A stretch of DNA of 64,000 nt from Stegostoma tigrinum (taxonomy: Eukaryota), in the NCBI RefSeq assembly GCF_030684315.1, contig NC_081392.1:682001-746000 (forward strand). The letters run 5' to 3'. This document shows positions 1 to 10,511 of this stretch, piece by piece. Positions within the stretch are counted from its first letter, which is position 1. Every line of letters begins with the position of its first letter. Under the pieces are notes generated by a model, which was given only the letters and a program-made list of their open reading frames with translations, ran no database searches and was not told the DNA's origin. The translations under genes and the position numbers were made by a program.

Positions 1-609
1 AGAGGATCAAACGAATAATGGATATTTGAACATTTATATGCTCACAAACTCATTAAAAATAATCAAATTTATCTCATACCCACAGTACGAAGTATCAGCA
101 AAACACAGGACTAGATGTTTCTATTAAAATATTTCGCCACTCTCTTTTACAGTCCCTTCCTAATCTATTAAAGATTTTAGATGAAAGGGGATGAATAGAG
201 TAATAAAAATATCCACAACAGGAACCGGCCCCCCCATCATTCAGGTCCATGTCAATGTCTCCTGCAACTCTCCTTATGCCATTCTACTACAATATGTCTC
301 CGTTCCTTTCTCCTTCAAGAATGTATCCAGTTTCCACCTTAACTGCACCTTAAATGCATCAATACTGTTCACTTCAAAATGTTTGATAGGATAGCTAGCC
401 TTAATGTTTACAACAGGTCTTTGGTGAAGCCTCTCCTGAATTTCTGATTGGTTTTATTACCAGTTATTTTATATTTATAGCCTCTGAACATGGTCTCAAC
501 AGCAAGTCAAAGTTAAACTATTTTGAAACTCCTTTCATCATCTGAAAAAAGCTGTAGGCTTACTCCTCACCTTGCTATTTTCCACAAAGTGAACCCACAT
601 AGTTGAGTG

Positions 610-819
610 ATAATGGGAATGGCAGATGCTGGAGAATCCAAGATAGCAAAGTGTGGAGCTGGATGAACAGCAGGCCAAGCAGCATCTCAGGAGCACAAAA
701 GCTGATGTTTCGGGTCTAGACCCTTCATCAGAGAGGGTCTAGGCCCAAAACGTCAGCTTTTGTGCTCCTGAGATGCTGCTTGGCCTGCTGTGTTCATCCA
801 GCTCCGCACTTTGTTATCT
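610..819. mobile_element. Penelope-like terminal fragment forming a fold-back (inverted repeat), with 14-bp target-site duplication
   Basis: Left half (about 638-724) is the reverse complement of the right half (about 735-819). CACATAGTTGAGTG flanks it at 596-609 and 820-833. The same terminal sequence occurs at about 24975-25068 and 10975-11085. Confidence 0.75.
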
Positions 820-839
820 CACATAGTTGAGTGTTTTTT

Positions 840-1165
840 TTAAATTCATGCACAGTTTGAGGGCATCACCAGATAGGACAGTATTTATTGTCCATTCCTA
901 ATTACCTCGAGGGCATTAAGAGTCAATCACATTATTATGGAGTCACATGTAGGCCAGCCCAGGTAAAGGGCATTAGTGAACCAGACGGGTTTTTCCTGAC
1001 AATTGACAATGGACTCATGGTCACCATGAAATTCATAAAGCAGAGTTTTATTAAAATCATATTCCACCATCTGACATGGTGGGATTCCAATGCATGTCCC
1101 CAGAACATCACCTGGGTTCTCTAGATTAATAGTCCAGCAATAATCCCACTGGGGCATCATTTACC
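840..1165 (-). mobile_element. tRNA-derived SINE (DeuSINE/SacSINE1-like)
   Basis: Similar to copies at about 2345-2680 (+), 40715-41210 (+) and 45905-46225 (-); shared core cattagtgaaccaga-gggtttttcctgacaattg-caatgga. Confidence 0.6.
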
Positions 1166-1746
1166 AGTTCAGCTGCAGCCAATGTTAACCTTTGTTATGT
1201 TTAAAAATTTATCCAATGTCTCTACACTGGCACAGTTAATTAAAATTACAATATTTAAAAGACATTTAGACTGGTACATGGGTCGGAAGGGTTTTGAAGG
1301 ATATGGACCAAATGTAGGTAAATAGAACTAGTTCAATTTTGGATATCTGGTTGGCATGGACAAGTTGGGTCAAAGGTCTATTTTTATACTGTTTGATTCT
1401 ATAACTTTAAATATTGTATATTTACTAGAACTGCAATTAGTCCAGTTGAATATGATACTTTTTTGTTGTATTGCCTTGCATTCTTGCTCAACATTCAGAG
1501 ACCAAATTCAATAATTCTGTTGTGCCTATGTTATCTCTATTTCTGCTTATGTTAGGGATCTTCAGTTATGTTGTCTCAAGGCAATGAATTAACACATTTC
1601 CTCAAGGGCAATGAATTAACACATCTTCCACTGTAAAGATCATACTTATTTTACCAAGTTCCTGTGTTTCAACTCCCTCAACCAAACCCTGCATAAAATT
1701 ATTAATTTAAACAACTTTCTCGAGCACAGGGAATATAATCACTTAC

Positions 1747-1790
1747 CGAAAATGACCAGCTTCGTCCCATTTCCAAAATAAGCTTCGTTA
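1747..1790 (-). CDS. TRBJ: TCR beta joining segment, apparently functional (NEAYFGNGTKLVIF)
   Basis: FGxGTKL motif followed by G|GTAAGT donor (1741-1746), preceded by a canonical 12-RSS. Confidence 0.93.
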
Positions 1791-1818
1791 CACAGTGGTA
1801 CCAAGCTGCAGCAAAACC
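1791..1818 (-). promoter_or_regulatory. 12-spacer recombination signal sequence (RSS) of the J at 1747-1790
   Basis: On +: CACAGTG (1791-1797), 12 bp, AGCAAAACC (1810-1818). Confidence 0.92.
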
Positions 1819-2739
1819 ACGCTCAAGTCTGTGTTACTAAGTTTATTCTGTTGAAGTTCCTATTATAGTTCCTAACTGGCCTTAGGGGGCATAGGATAAG
1901 TGGTGACAATTCACTCTTTAGATCCTCTTTCACTATTCAATTACATCATGATTTATTGGTATCTCAAATCCATTACCCCACCAGGATTATTTAACCCTTA
2001 ATATCTTTGCCTAACAAACATTTACCAATTTGTAGTTGAGATATTAAGTAGAGAGCCAATCTCAAGAGACTTAATGGAGCGACAGAATTCCAAATTTTCA
2101 CATTCTTCCTCAAAACAGCCTGTCTCTAATTTAAGATGCTGCAAACTCCTCCTTCCCTCTCTATCTAACTGAACATGGGTATCAGTATCTTTGTATATAG
2201 GTTCTCAAGTTCTCTAATGAACTTAACAGTGATTATATCACTGTTTATTGTTTTATACATTTACTTAGACAATGTAACCAGTGCTGGTCATGTCACCCTC
2301 ATCATAAAATAATATGCTTATTCTCTTCTAGGAATGAGGTTACAAGTGGCATTTTCTCTGGACTAGTTTTGCAGAGACCCACGTAATGACTTGGGAACTT
2401 AGGTTTCAATCTGACCAGGGGTGATGACAGAATTTGAATTCAACAAAATCTGGAATTGGAAGTCTAGAGATGACCTGAATCCATTGTAGTTAAACGTCAT
2501 CTGGTTCACTAATGTCCTTTTAGGGAAGAAAAACTAATCTGCCCTATAGGCCACAGCAATGTAGTTGACTTTTTAGTGAATTACAGCCCTTACAGGGCAG
2601 GCAAGTCATTCAGGTACAAGCGCAAATTGTTATTAGCAGTAAATGGTGACCTAGTAAGTCAGGTCGCAGGCCCCATCATTTTTTTTTCTAAAATCTTGAC
2701 TTTACCCCTCATCATTTTTAAAATTGCATATTGTCATGG

Positions 2740-2873
2740 ATTCTGATCAGCACTAGAACTGAAATAAATTAGACTGACCTAAGAATGTTACCTTAAATTT
2801 ACTTTGGTACTGGGACTAAGTTAACAGTCTTAGGTAAGTCTACTTTTGGTTCAGTTCTAGTTCTGATCAGAAT
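2740..2873. repeat. Imperfect inverted repeat, arms of about 56 bp, 21-nt loop
   Basis: 2740-2795 (attctgatcagcactagaactgaa...gactgacctaagaatgttacctta) pairs with 2817-2873 (taagttaacagtcttaggtaagtc...ttcagttctagttctgatcagaat). Confidence 0.9.
2800..2833 (+). pseudogene. TRBJ: Inverted, RSS-less J segment (YFGTGTKLTVL) inside a palindrome
   Basis: TAC TTT GGT ACT GGG ACT AAG TTA ACA GTC TTA G|GTAAGT on +, opposite to D and the other Js. The upstream flank is an inverted copy of its own 3' end and intron rather than an RSS. Confidence 0.8.
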
Positions 2874-3009
2874 GTTCACTTTATGTTCACTATGTTTATT
2901 TTACAGGCCAAAGTATAAGAAAAGCGTAGCCGAATTGAAGAGAATGTGGAAGACTCGGCTCATTAATCATCAATAACAGACACACTGGAAAAAAAGATAG
3001 CTGACTTAC

Positions 3010-3050
3010 CAAGAACTGTTAATTTGGTGCCTGGCCCGAAATTACAGTGA
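3010..3050 (-). CDS. TRBJ: TCR beta joining segment (HCNFGPGTKLTVL), RSS non-canonical
   Basis: FGPGTKLTVL followed by G|GTAAGT donor (3004-3009). No clean 12-RSS; 5' boundary uncertain. Confidence 0.82.
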
Positions 3051-3630
3051 CACGACTCCGTCACATGCAGCCTCAAAACGGCGTCAATTTCTAGTCTGCG
3101 TGGTGCCATTCTAATTAAATGATACCGTTATCAACTCCATGAATCCTATTCTAATCTGCATGATTCCAGGTTAATCGATCGATGCTGCAATTACCTGTAA
3201 ATCGTGTTCTAATCAATTGGTTCCATGTTTATCTCCATGTTGATCTCTGCCGATCATTTTATTATCAACGGATTCCGAATGAGTGGGTACAATTATAATT
3301 TAATTGTGTGGCTTGATAAACATAAGTTAAGATTGCGTAGTTGTATTCATGTATTGAACTGATTAGAACAATCACCCCAACTATGCTGAATTTGCCCCAG
3401 GATGGACCAGGCATCCTTCCCTTGTAAATCAGGAGAGGGTCAATGCCGACGCAGGAATTGAATATTGTTGTGAAGTGATAAATAGATGTTGTCACCGCAT
3501 TACATTGAGTGTTCTTGAGGTTATTGGCACGTTTCGAACAGTCTCTGACGTTTTAAATAGTCCAGATCTCAGGGGACTGCGAATGTATATCGCTCGGTAA
3601 GAATTTAGAGGAAGAAAGCCTTTTTCTTAC

Positions 3631-3673
3631 CTGATACCGTTAATCTGGTGCCTGTCCCGAAGTAGGTTATTCT
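3631..3673 (-). CDS. TRBJ: TCR beta joining segment (RITYFGTGTRLTVS), RSS degenerate
   Basis: YFGTGTRLTVS followed by G|GTAAG donor (3626-3630). No CAC heptamer found upstream. Confidence 0.82.
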
Positions 3674-4088
3674 ACATCAACAGTTCATATTAGGCCAACA
3701 CCTTCGACCAGTCATCTAAAAGTGGACTGTTGGCGCAATTACCAGTTACTGGTCAAGTCAAGATAGCACATAAAAGATAGTGGGACTCAAAAAAGGCTTT
3801 ATAACAGAGGAGACACATTCGAATTCTGCCAAGGAAGTCGCATCAAGTGGTGTAAGAAATGGTCGCGCGATTCTTCGCCAGGTTTGATCGGGAGAAAAAA
3901 GACAAGCAGCGTGCTGGAGTTGGGATAAAGAGTGATCAATGCTCAGATAAAATTACACAAAAATCATGCATTTTGTTTCGTTAGAAGTGCCTTGCAGTTT
4001 CGTGGTCCTTCACTGAACCACTTTGATTGAAGTAGGATAACAGCTCCTTCACCTCGTTACCACTGCTCTTCTGTTGAGCTTGTTTCCA

Positions 4089-4127
4089 GGTTTTTGTACA
4101 GCGGTTGCATTGGATTTTATCATAGTG
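4089..4127 (-). promoter_or_regulatory. 3' 23-RSS of D
   Basis: Minus strand: CACTATG, 23 bp (4098-4120), ACAAAAACC (perfect nonamer). Confidence 0.95.
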
Positions 4128-4141
4128 GTCCCTGTTGTCCC
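4128..4141 (-). CDS. TRBD: TCR beta diversity segment GGGACAACAGGGAC
   Basis: Flanked by a 5' 12-RSS and a 3' 23-RSS, the TRB/TRD configuration. Begins GGGACA like conserved vertebrate TRBD (GGGACAGGGGGC). Open in all three frames (GTTG, GQQG, DNRD). Confidence 0.95.
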
Positions 4142-4169
4142 CACAGTGAAATGTTCTCATACAAAAATA
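4142..4169 (-). promoter_or_regulatory. 5' 12-RSS of D
   Basis: On +: CACAGTG (4142-4148), 12 bp, ACAAAAATA (4161-4169). Confidence 0.95.
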
Positions 4170-4187
4170 AAAGTGGGGTATGAAAAG

Positions 4188-4262
4188 TATTTAAGAGCCT
4201 CTTAAATGGCTCTGCCGAGCTTGAGTCGTGATGTCATTTGGGATTGACGTGCTGGCAATTGG
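4188..4262 (-). promoter_or_regulatory. Putative germline D-beta promoter
   Basis: TTAAATA TATA-like (4188-4194, minus), CRE-like TGATGTCA (4229-4236) and TGACGT (4245-4250), CCAAT (4258-4262, minus), immediately 5' of the D 12-RSS. Confidence 0.55.
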
Positions 4263-6499
4263 TTAGATCATGGTGGACTTCACCAAACTCTTCTGTAACT
4301 TGATACGTAAGAATACGGGGAGGACTCGTCAGCAACGACATGGAGACTTTAGGATGCCATGTTACACCAGAGCTTGTTAATATGGATCAGGAAACCAATA
4401 ATTTCATGAGGCAATTGTCTCCCCTAACATGTACTATACTGTTATCACTTCAACTGATCTTACTTGCAGATGCAGTCCTATTCCTATTATGTATTCCCTG
4501 TTACGAATGTAATTCCGTTCCTTAACGAGATGCTAAAATATTGAAATATACATGTACCTCGGGGCTTACAACGTTCTATTTGGTTTTAATTGTAATATAA
4601 TGAACACATTGCATGACACTTTCTTTAGCTTTGCATCCATTGTTCCTCTAATCGCTGTCGTATTAGTACAGTTACGCAACTAAATCATGCTGACTTGCTT
4701 TTACCTGATTTTGTATACTGATTTCTTGCTCAATATTGAATATGATTGCCTATGTAACCAATACTGCAATTATTCTTCTGGAATGTTAACAAACTATTAT
4801 TTTCTCCATTTGCGATTTTAATATTAACCCATTATTACATTGAGAACTTCTAAGACTGGAAAGGAATTAGGTTCGACAACATGTGTTTAATGCATACAGG
4901 TCTGGAATCTATTTCATAGAAAGAAACATGGTGGCATTGGGCGAGGTGCAAAAATGATTTTCAAAGACAGAAACTGAATGGCTGTACCTATTGGGAATCA
5001 AAGTTCAGATTGGCACACCTATTTCCTGGAAGAGACAAACTGGTGGTGACGGCACGTTTGTCAAATGGTTTGTTAGTGTCGGCGTAGGGAAAATGTTGAG
5101 AGTCCAAAATATGTAAATAAACGTTGGTATAAAATAGTGAGTCTATATAATAGACGATGCAACTGAGAACATGTACAAGCATGCTCCAGATACTATAAAC
5201 CTTTTTTTAATACTTAAGGCTTATTCCCAACATGTTTTAGTTGAGTAATGTAGCTGATTACAGCCTACATACACGACCGAAGGGTGAGGTGGTGGTCGGG
5301 TTGGGGGTGGTGTGGTGGTGGAAGCAACTGTAAAATTCATTGAAAAGTATTGTGACTTTTGTTTTATTATTCTTGCGTGAGAGTAGGCCATCGTTGGCAA
5401 GGCTGCATTTGTTGTCTCCCTCGGCCAATTCAGAGGATATTGCTCTGAGTCTACAGTCACTTAGGGGCCAGACAAGGCAAGGATGGCAAATTTTCTTCCT
5501 TATAGGATATTAATGAGCCAAATGATCTTTATGTGTATATTGACGTTCGACAGTTTCAAATTCCATTTGTTTAGCAACTGGAATAATCATGTCAGTTGTG
5601 ATGGTACTGAATGCCTGGGCAGATTAAATAAGTTGAGTAGCCTATTCCTGCTTCTAATGTGTATGTTCGTATTTTTGTATATTATTAAGTTAAATGAGCT
5701 TTATGAAAGTAAGCTGTTGTTGAAGAATGCAGCAGCGACAAAGGACTTGCAGTGGTTTTTGACAAAGGGTCCACGATGGCTCCACAGATTTTTGAAAGAT
5801 CTCAATATGCCTTATCATGTTTACCTCAGAAATTATTGTTTTATTCTTTTTAAATTAAGTAATGGAATATTCCATGAAGGCATGCTCAAAAAGTGGTGTG
5901 AGTTTTTATCAATGTCAGAACAGAGTGAATGAATCCTGTGAATGAATTAAAAATAAAGAATAGAGTGAATCTTTGAGTGAATTAGGACATGGGAGCCAAA
6001 ACATTGGCACTGACTCTGAAATCCTAACCAAAATCAATTAGCATTAACCTCACAACTATTCAAGTGAGATTTATTTACTTACTGGCTGACATGTAATGAA
6101 ATAATTCATATGATATTTGTCTTTCTCAGAAAGATAAGTACAACCAGATATCTCAACAAAGAATGTGCACTTATTTTACATCTTTCGCATCCAGAAGGGT
6201 TTTACAGCAATGATTTACTTTGATTGTTCTGCTTCATTTCAGGGGGCAGGCACCAATTGCGCACAAATGTTCCCACAAGCAAAACATTGATCGTTGGTCA
6301 GGAAATCTGATTTTAATAATGTTAGTTGAGGGAAACGTATCGGCCCCAAAACAGCTGGCAGAATTTGTCCTGCTCATCATCTAACTGATGAGACACATTT
6401 TCTTCCGTTGAAGATGTCAGAGAGACTTTCAATTTAAGATCTTTTCCTAAATTAAATCACTTTGAAGATGCACGTAGTACTGAGCTTTTGGTAGTGTAG

Positions 6500-8490
6500 T
6501 AATACAATCCTCTGACAGTGCTCCACCTCCTTGGCACTAGCTAGCCAAGAGAAGTTAGTGGTGATAGATTGGGGACAGTCCACATCACAGTAGAGAAGAT
6601 GTTGGAAGTAATAGAAGCATGAAGGTGAATAAATCTCCTGCTCCTGACCGATATATCCAAGAATCCTGCAGGAATCTAGGGAATATTTTGCAGGGGCCCT
6701 GGCTGATATATTTCCGTCATTGTTAGCCATGGGTGAGGTTCTGGAAGACTGGAGGGTAATGATTGTTGTGCCTTTATTCAAGGAAGGCTGCAAGGCAAAA
6801 TCTGGGAATTATAGACCAGTAAGCCTAACATCTGTGATCGGTAAGTTACTTGAGAAGATTCTGAAGGACAAAATATACATGCAGTTGGAAAGACAAGGTT
6901 TGATTAGGAGTAGTCAGCATGGCTTTGTGCGTGGAAGATCATGCCTCACAAATTTGTTGAAATTTTTTGATGAATTGGTCAGGAAGATTGATGAGCGCAG
7001 GGTGGTAAATATAATCCAAATGGATTTCTGTAAGGCCTTTGATAAGGTTTCACACAGCAGGCTGTTCTAGAAGATTAGATCGCATGGAATCCAGAGAGAG
7101 CTGACAAATTGGTACATAAAAGACTTGATAGTAGGAAGCAGAGAGTAATAGTGGAAGGATGCTTGTCAGACTGGAGGCCTGCGTCAAGTGTGCCTCGGGG
7201 TTTGGTGCTGGGCGCATTGTTGTTTGTTATCTATATCAATGATTTAGACGAGAATTTAGGAGACATGACTAGTAAGTTTGTGGATGACACTAAAATATCG
7301 TGGACAGTGAGGAAGGTTATCAGAAATTGCAACAGGATCTTGATCAGCTGGGGCAGTGGGCAGAGAAATGTCAAATTGAGTTTAATATAGATAAGTATGA
7401 GGTGGCGCATTTTGGAAAGTCAAATCGAGGTAGGAATTTCATGATGAATGGTAGACCCTTAAGGAAAACGGTGGAACATAGGGACCTTGGAGTTCAGGTG
7501 CACAGTATCTTTAAGTGGAGTCACAGAGAGACAGGGCAGTGAAGAAGGCTTTTGGTACACTGGCCTTCATCAGTCAGGGCATCGACCATAAAGGTGCGAA
7601 CAAACCGAAGTGTTTCGGGTTTGGTGACCCTTCCCCAGAACCCATTTAGCACTGTCCACAATATTTTAGTGTCATCCACAAACTTACTAATCATGCCTTC
7701 TACATTCTCATCTAAATCATTGATATAGATAACAAACAACAATGGGCCCAGCACCAAACCCTGAGGCACACCACTAGACCTTCAACTCTGACAAGCATCC
7801 TTCCACTATTACGCTCTGCTTCCTACGATCAAGCCAAACCAGTTCTGAGGCTTTTCAGCAACTTTGTTCCTGATTTACACCATCCACAGTTCTTTTGGTT
7901 TTTATAGAAGTTGGGAGGTTATGTTACAGTTGTATAGAATGTTGGTGAGGCCCCACTTCGTTTATTGTGCTCAGTTTTGGTCATCTTGCTATAGCAAAGT
8001 TGTTATTAAACTGGAAAGAGTGCGGATGAAAATTTACAAGGATGTTACCAGTATTCAAGGGATTGGGTTACAGGCAGAGATTGGACAAGCTAGGACTTTT
8101 TTAAGAGCACAAGAGACTGATGGGGGATATTATAGAACTGTAAAAGATCACGAGGGGCGTGGATAGGGTGAATACATTCAGTCATTTTCCCAGGGTTGGG
8201 GAAACGAGGACTAAACAGCATCTGTTTAAGAGGAGGAGCAATACATGGGAACAGGAGGGGCTTTTTTTTACACAGAGGGTGGTACGCATATGGGATGAGC
8301 TGCCAGTGGAAGTAGTTGAGGTATGTACATTGACAACATTCAAAGGTATTTAGGCGAATACATAGACAGGAAAGAAACAGAGGACATGGGCCAGGTGCAG
8401 CAAAATGGAATTAGACTGGATGGATATTTTGGTTGAATTGGACCAGTTGGGCCAAAGGACCTGTGTCCATGCTGTAGGACCCTATGACTC
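6500..8490 (+). mobile_element. CR1-clade LINE, decayed ORF2 (reverse transcriptase) and 3' end
   Basis: ORF fragments GNYRPVSLTS, QHGFVRGRSCLTNL, MDFCKAFDKV, FVIYINDLD, LVRPHFVYCAQFWS, FFTQRVVRIW. Confidence 0.9.
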
Positions 8491-9911
8491 CAACTATACA
8501 ATAAACACAAATCTCCTCCAGTGTCGAAATAAGGCTACCTTGTCTCCTGAGCAACGTTTGCCTATCACGTGTGTAACAAAAACAATTTTGCATCAATTTA
8601 TGCCATGTGAGTTAGCAAGGTAACATTTAAGGCAGAGATGTCACAATGCAGGTTATAATTCATTATGCCTAGCAACAAGAGCAGAGATTGTCACTCAAAT
8701 CAGTTCAAAAACTCAGTCAAATACTCATCCGTCATGGAAAGGTCAGAGAAGATAGCAAATGGCTTTATGTGTTGCCCTTTTTTCTACGAATTTCTGGTTA
8801 ATAGAAGATCTAGAACCCTTTAGTACTCAGTGAAGCTGGGAGTGCGTCGCAGGAAGGCAAGAATTTGCTTGGTACAGCTGTAAAAAATAATCGGGGCTGA
8901 ATGAAAATCAGGGACTAAAAGAAGTTGAATCCACTTTGCTAAACGGCTGCTATCAGCTGGTTCCAAGCAGCTGGGGTTAGGTTTCTCTTAGAGCAGCTGG
9001 AGAATTGGAATTGTGCCACTGATTGGAGCGGCTGGCGTTCAATACTTGAATATCAATGAGATACAGCCTGGTTGAGGAGCAGTAATTGCGCCTGTGTTAA
9101 GAAGCCGAGTATTGCTAGGTCATTACGCTGAGGCCCAATCTAAGAAGCAAAACGAATGCGCTGGAAAAGATCATCGGGTTAAATGTGGGACCAAATCTGA
9201 GGGAAGTTCGGACTCCTGTGCATTTCGCTGAGGTCCGTAACCCTGAAATTCGGGAAGGAGTTTTTAGCTGGGGAGCAATCTAGCTCTGTAAAGGAAAAAT
9301 AATAAATTTCCTTGTGACAGAGGCAAACGTTTCACGAGATTTGGTGACCGGCAGTGTCACCAACATCTGGCTGGGTTGCCAAGAAATCGATAGCATCTGT
9401 TTTGACTCTTGGAGACAGTAAGGACTGCAGATGATAGAAGCCAGAGACAACAAATGTAGAACTGGAAAATCACAGGTCAGCCAGCATCCGAGGAGCAGGA
9501 AAGTCAACGTTTCGGGCTTTCCAGCTCTGCACTTATTGAATCTGTTTTGATGTTTGTTCGCAAATGGAATCTTTTCATAGAAGCCTGAAATAGCAAATTT
9601 TGTCAATTTTAAACAAAAAAAAATTACTGCTCCCGAATCAGGTGGTAACAGAAATTTGCTACTCTCATCTCGGATCGCACGCAGCAAGTTTTACTTCAGA
9701 GAAACTTAACGAAGTAGCTACAATGGAGGCGGAGTTCTTTGTTTCTACTTGCCCAGTCAAACCTGGTTTTAGCCAATTAACGAGTTAGATGTAACAGCGA
9801 AAGCTGAGCGATGTGTCAGCAATGTGTCAATAATGCCCGTGAGACATCATTTCTCTTTCTAGGCCTCAGGTCTGTACTTGTCTCCCGAAAATTCTTGGCC
9901 TCTGCTCTCCC

Positions 9912-10212
9912 TTGGCAGCACAGTAATATTTCCCTTCATTCTCTGCATTTGCCCCAGTTATGTTCAAATTTATGTTTTGCATATCATTTCTTATCGCTTG
10001 GTACCGATCGGATACGCCTTTCTCTTTCTCTATGTTTCTATTATAGATGGATGAGCGGAAAAGCATTTGCAGTCCTCCACCTTTCTTCTGTTGCTACCAA
10101 TACATGTACTGTAACGACTGACACTGTCGGCAGTTCAAGCTCACGTTTTTTCCCCGTTCAACAGATAGTTGAGTTGGCGATTGTAAGATCCGGTGTTCCT
10201 GAGATATCGTAT
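9912..10212 (-). pseudogene. TRBV: TCR beta V exon pseudogene, D-proximal, without recognisable RSS
   Basis: Acceptor ttacgcag, then TISQEHRILQSPTQLSVERGKNVSLNC...MYW*QQKKGGGLQMLF...LNITGANAENEGKYYCAAK. TAG at 10094-10096 replaces Tyr of WYQQ. Confidence 0.9.
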
Positions 10213-10511
10213 CTGCGTAACAGAATAAAAATAGGAACTGATGTTTTTATTTAAAGGTACCGACAATGCTTTTGAAAGCAGGCAATTAACGCGTCAGTTA
10301 TTAATGTGTCTAAGTTATAGCAAACGCATGCAGTGAATAAGGAGGAAGTTCATCGCCGATATCCAACAATTGCCCTTCCACAATCACCACTCTACTGTTA
10401 AATGTTTTAAAAACCTTTCCCCAATCATTTCACCGCAGTGCAATTCCTAACATTTTCCAATTTCTCTGAACATGACCTCAGTAAATTCAGCGGGAGGGCC
10501 AAGTAACTTAC

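Noticed and set aside
1576-1625. Direct repeat ctcaagggcaatgaattaacacat (two copies)
   Set aside because: Simple local tandem duplication; not CRISPR-like or functional-looking.
3379-3428. J-like peptide NYAEFAPGWTR on + followed by gtaaat
   Set aside because: FAPG instead of FGxG, no RSS, wrong spacing; cannot be supported.
5483-5932. 149-aa ORF on +
   Set aside because: Starts in SINE-like sequence, has no recognisable domain and no exon context.
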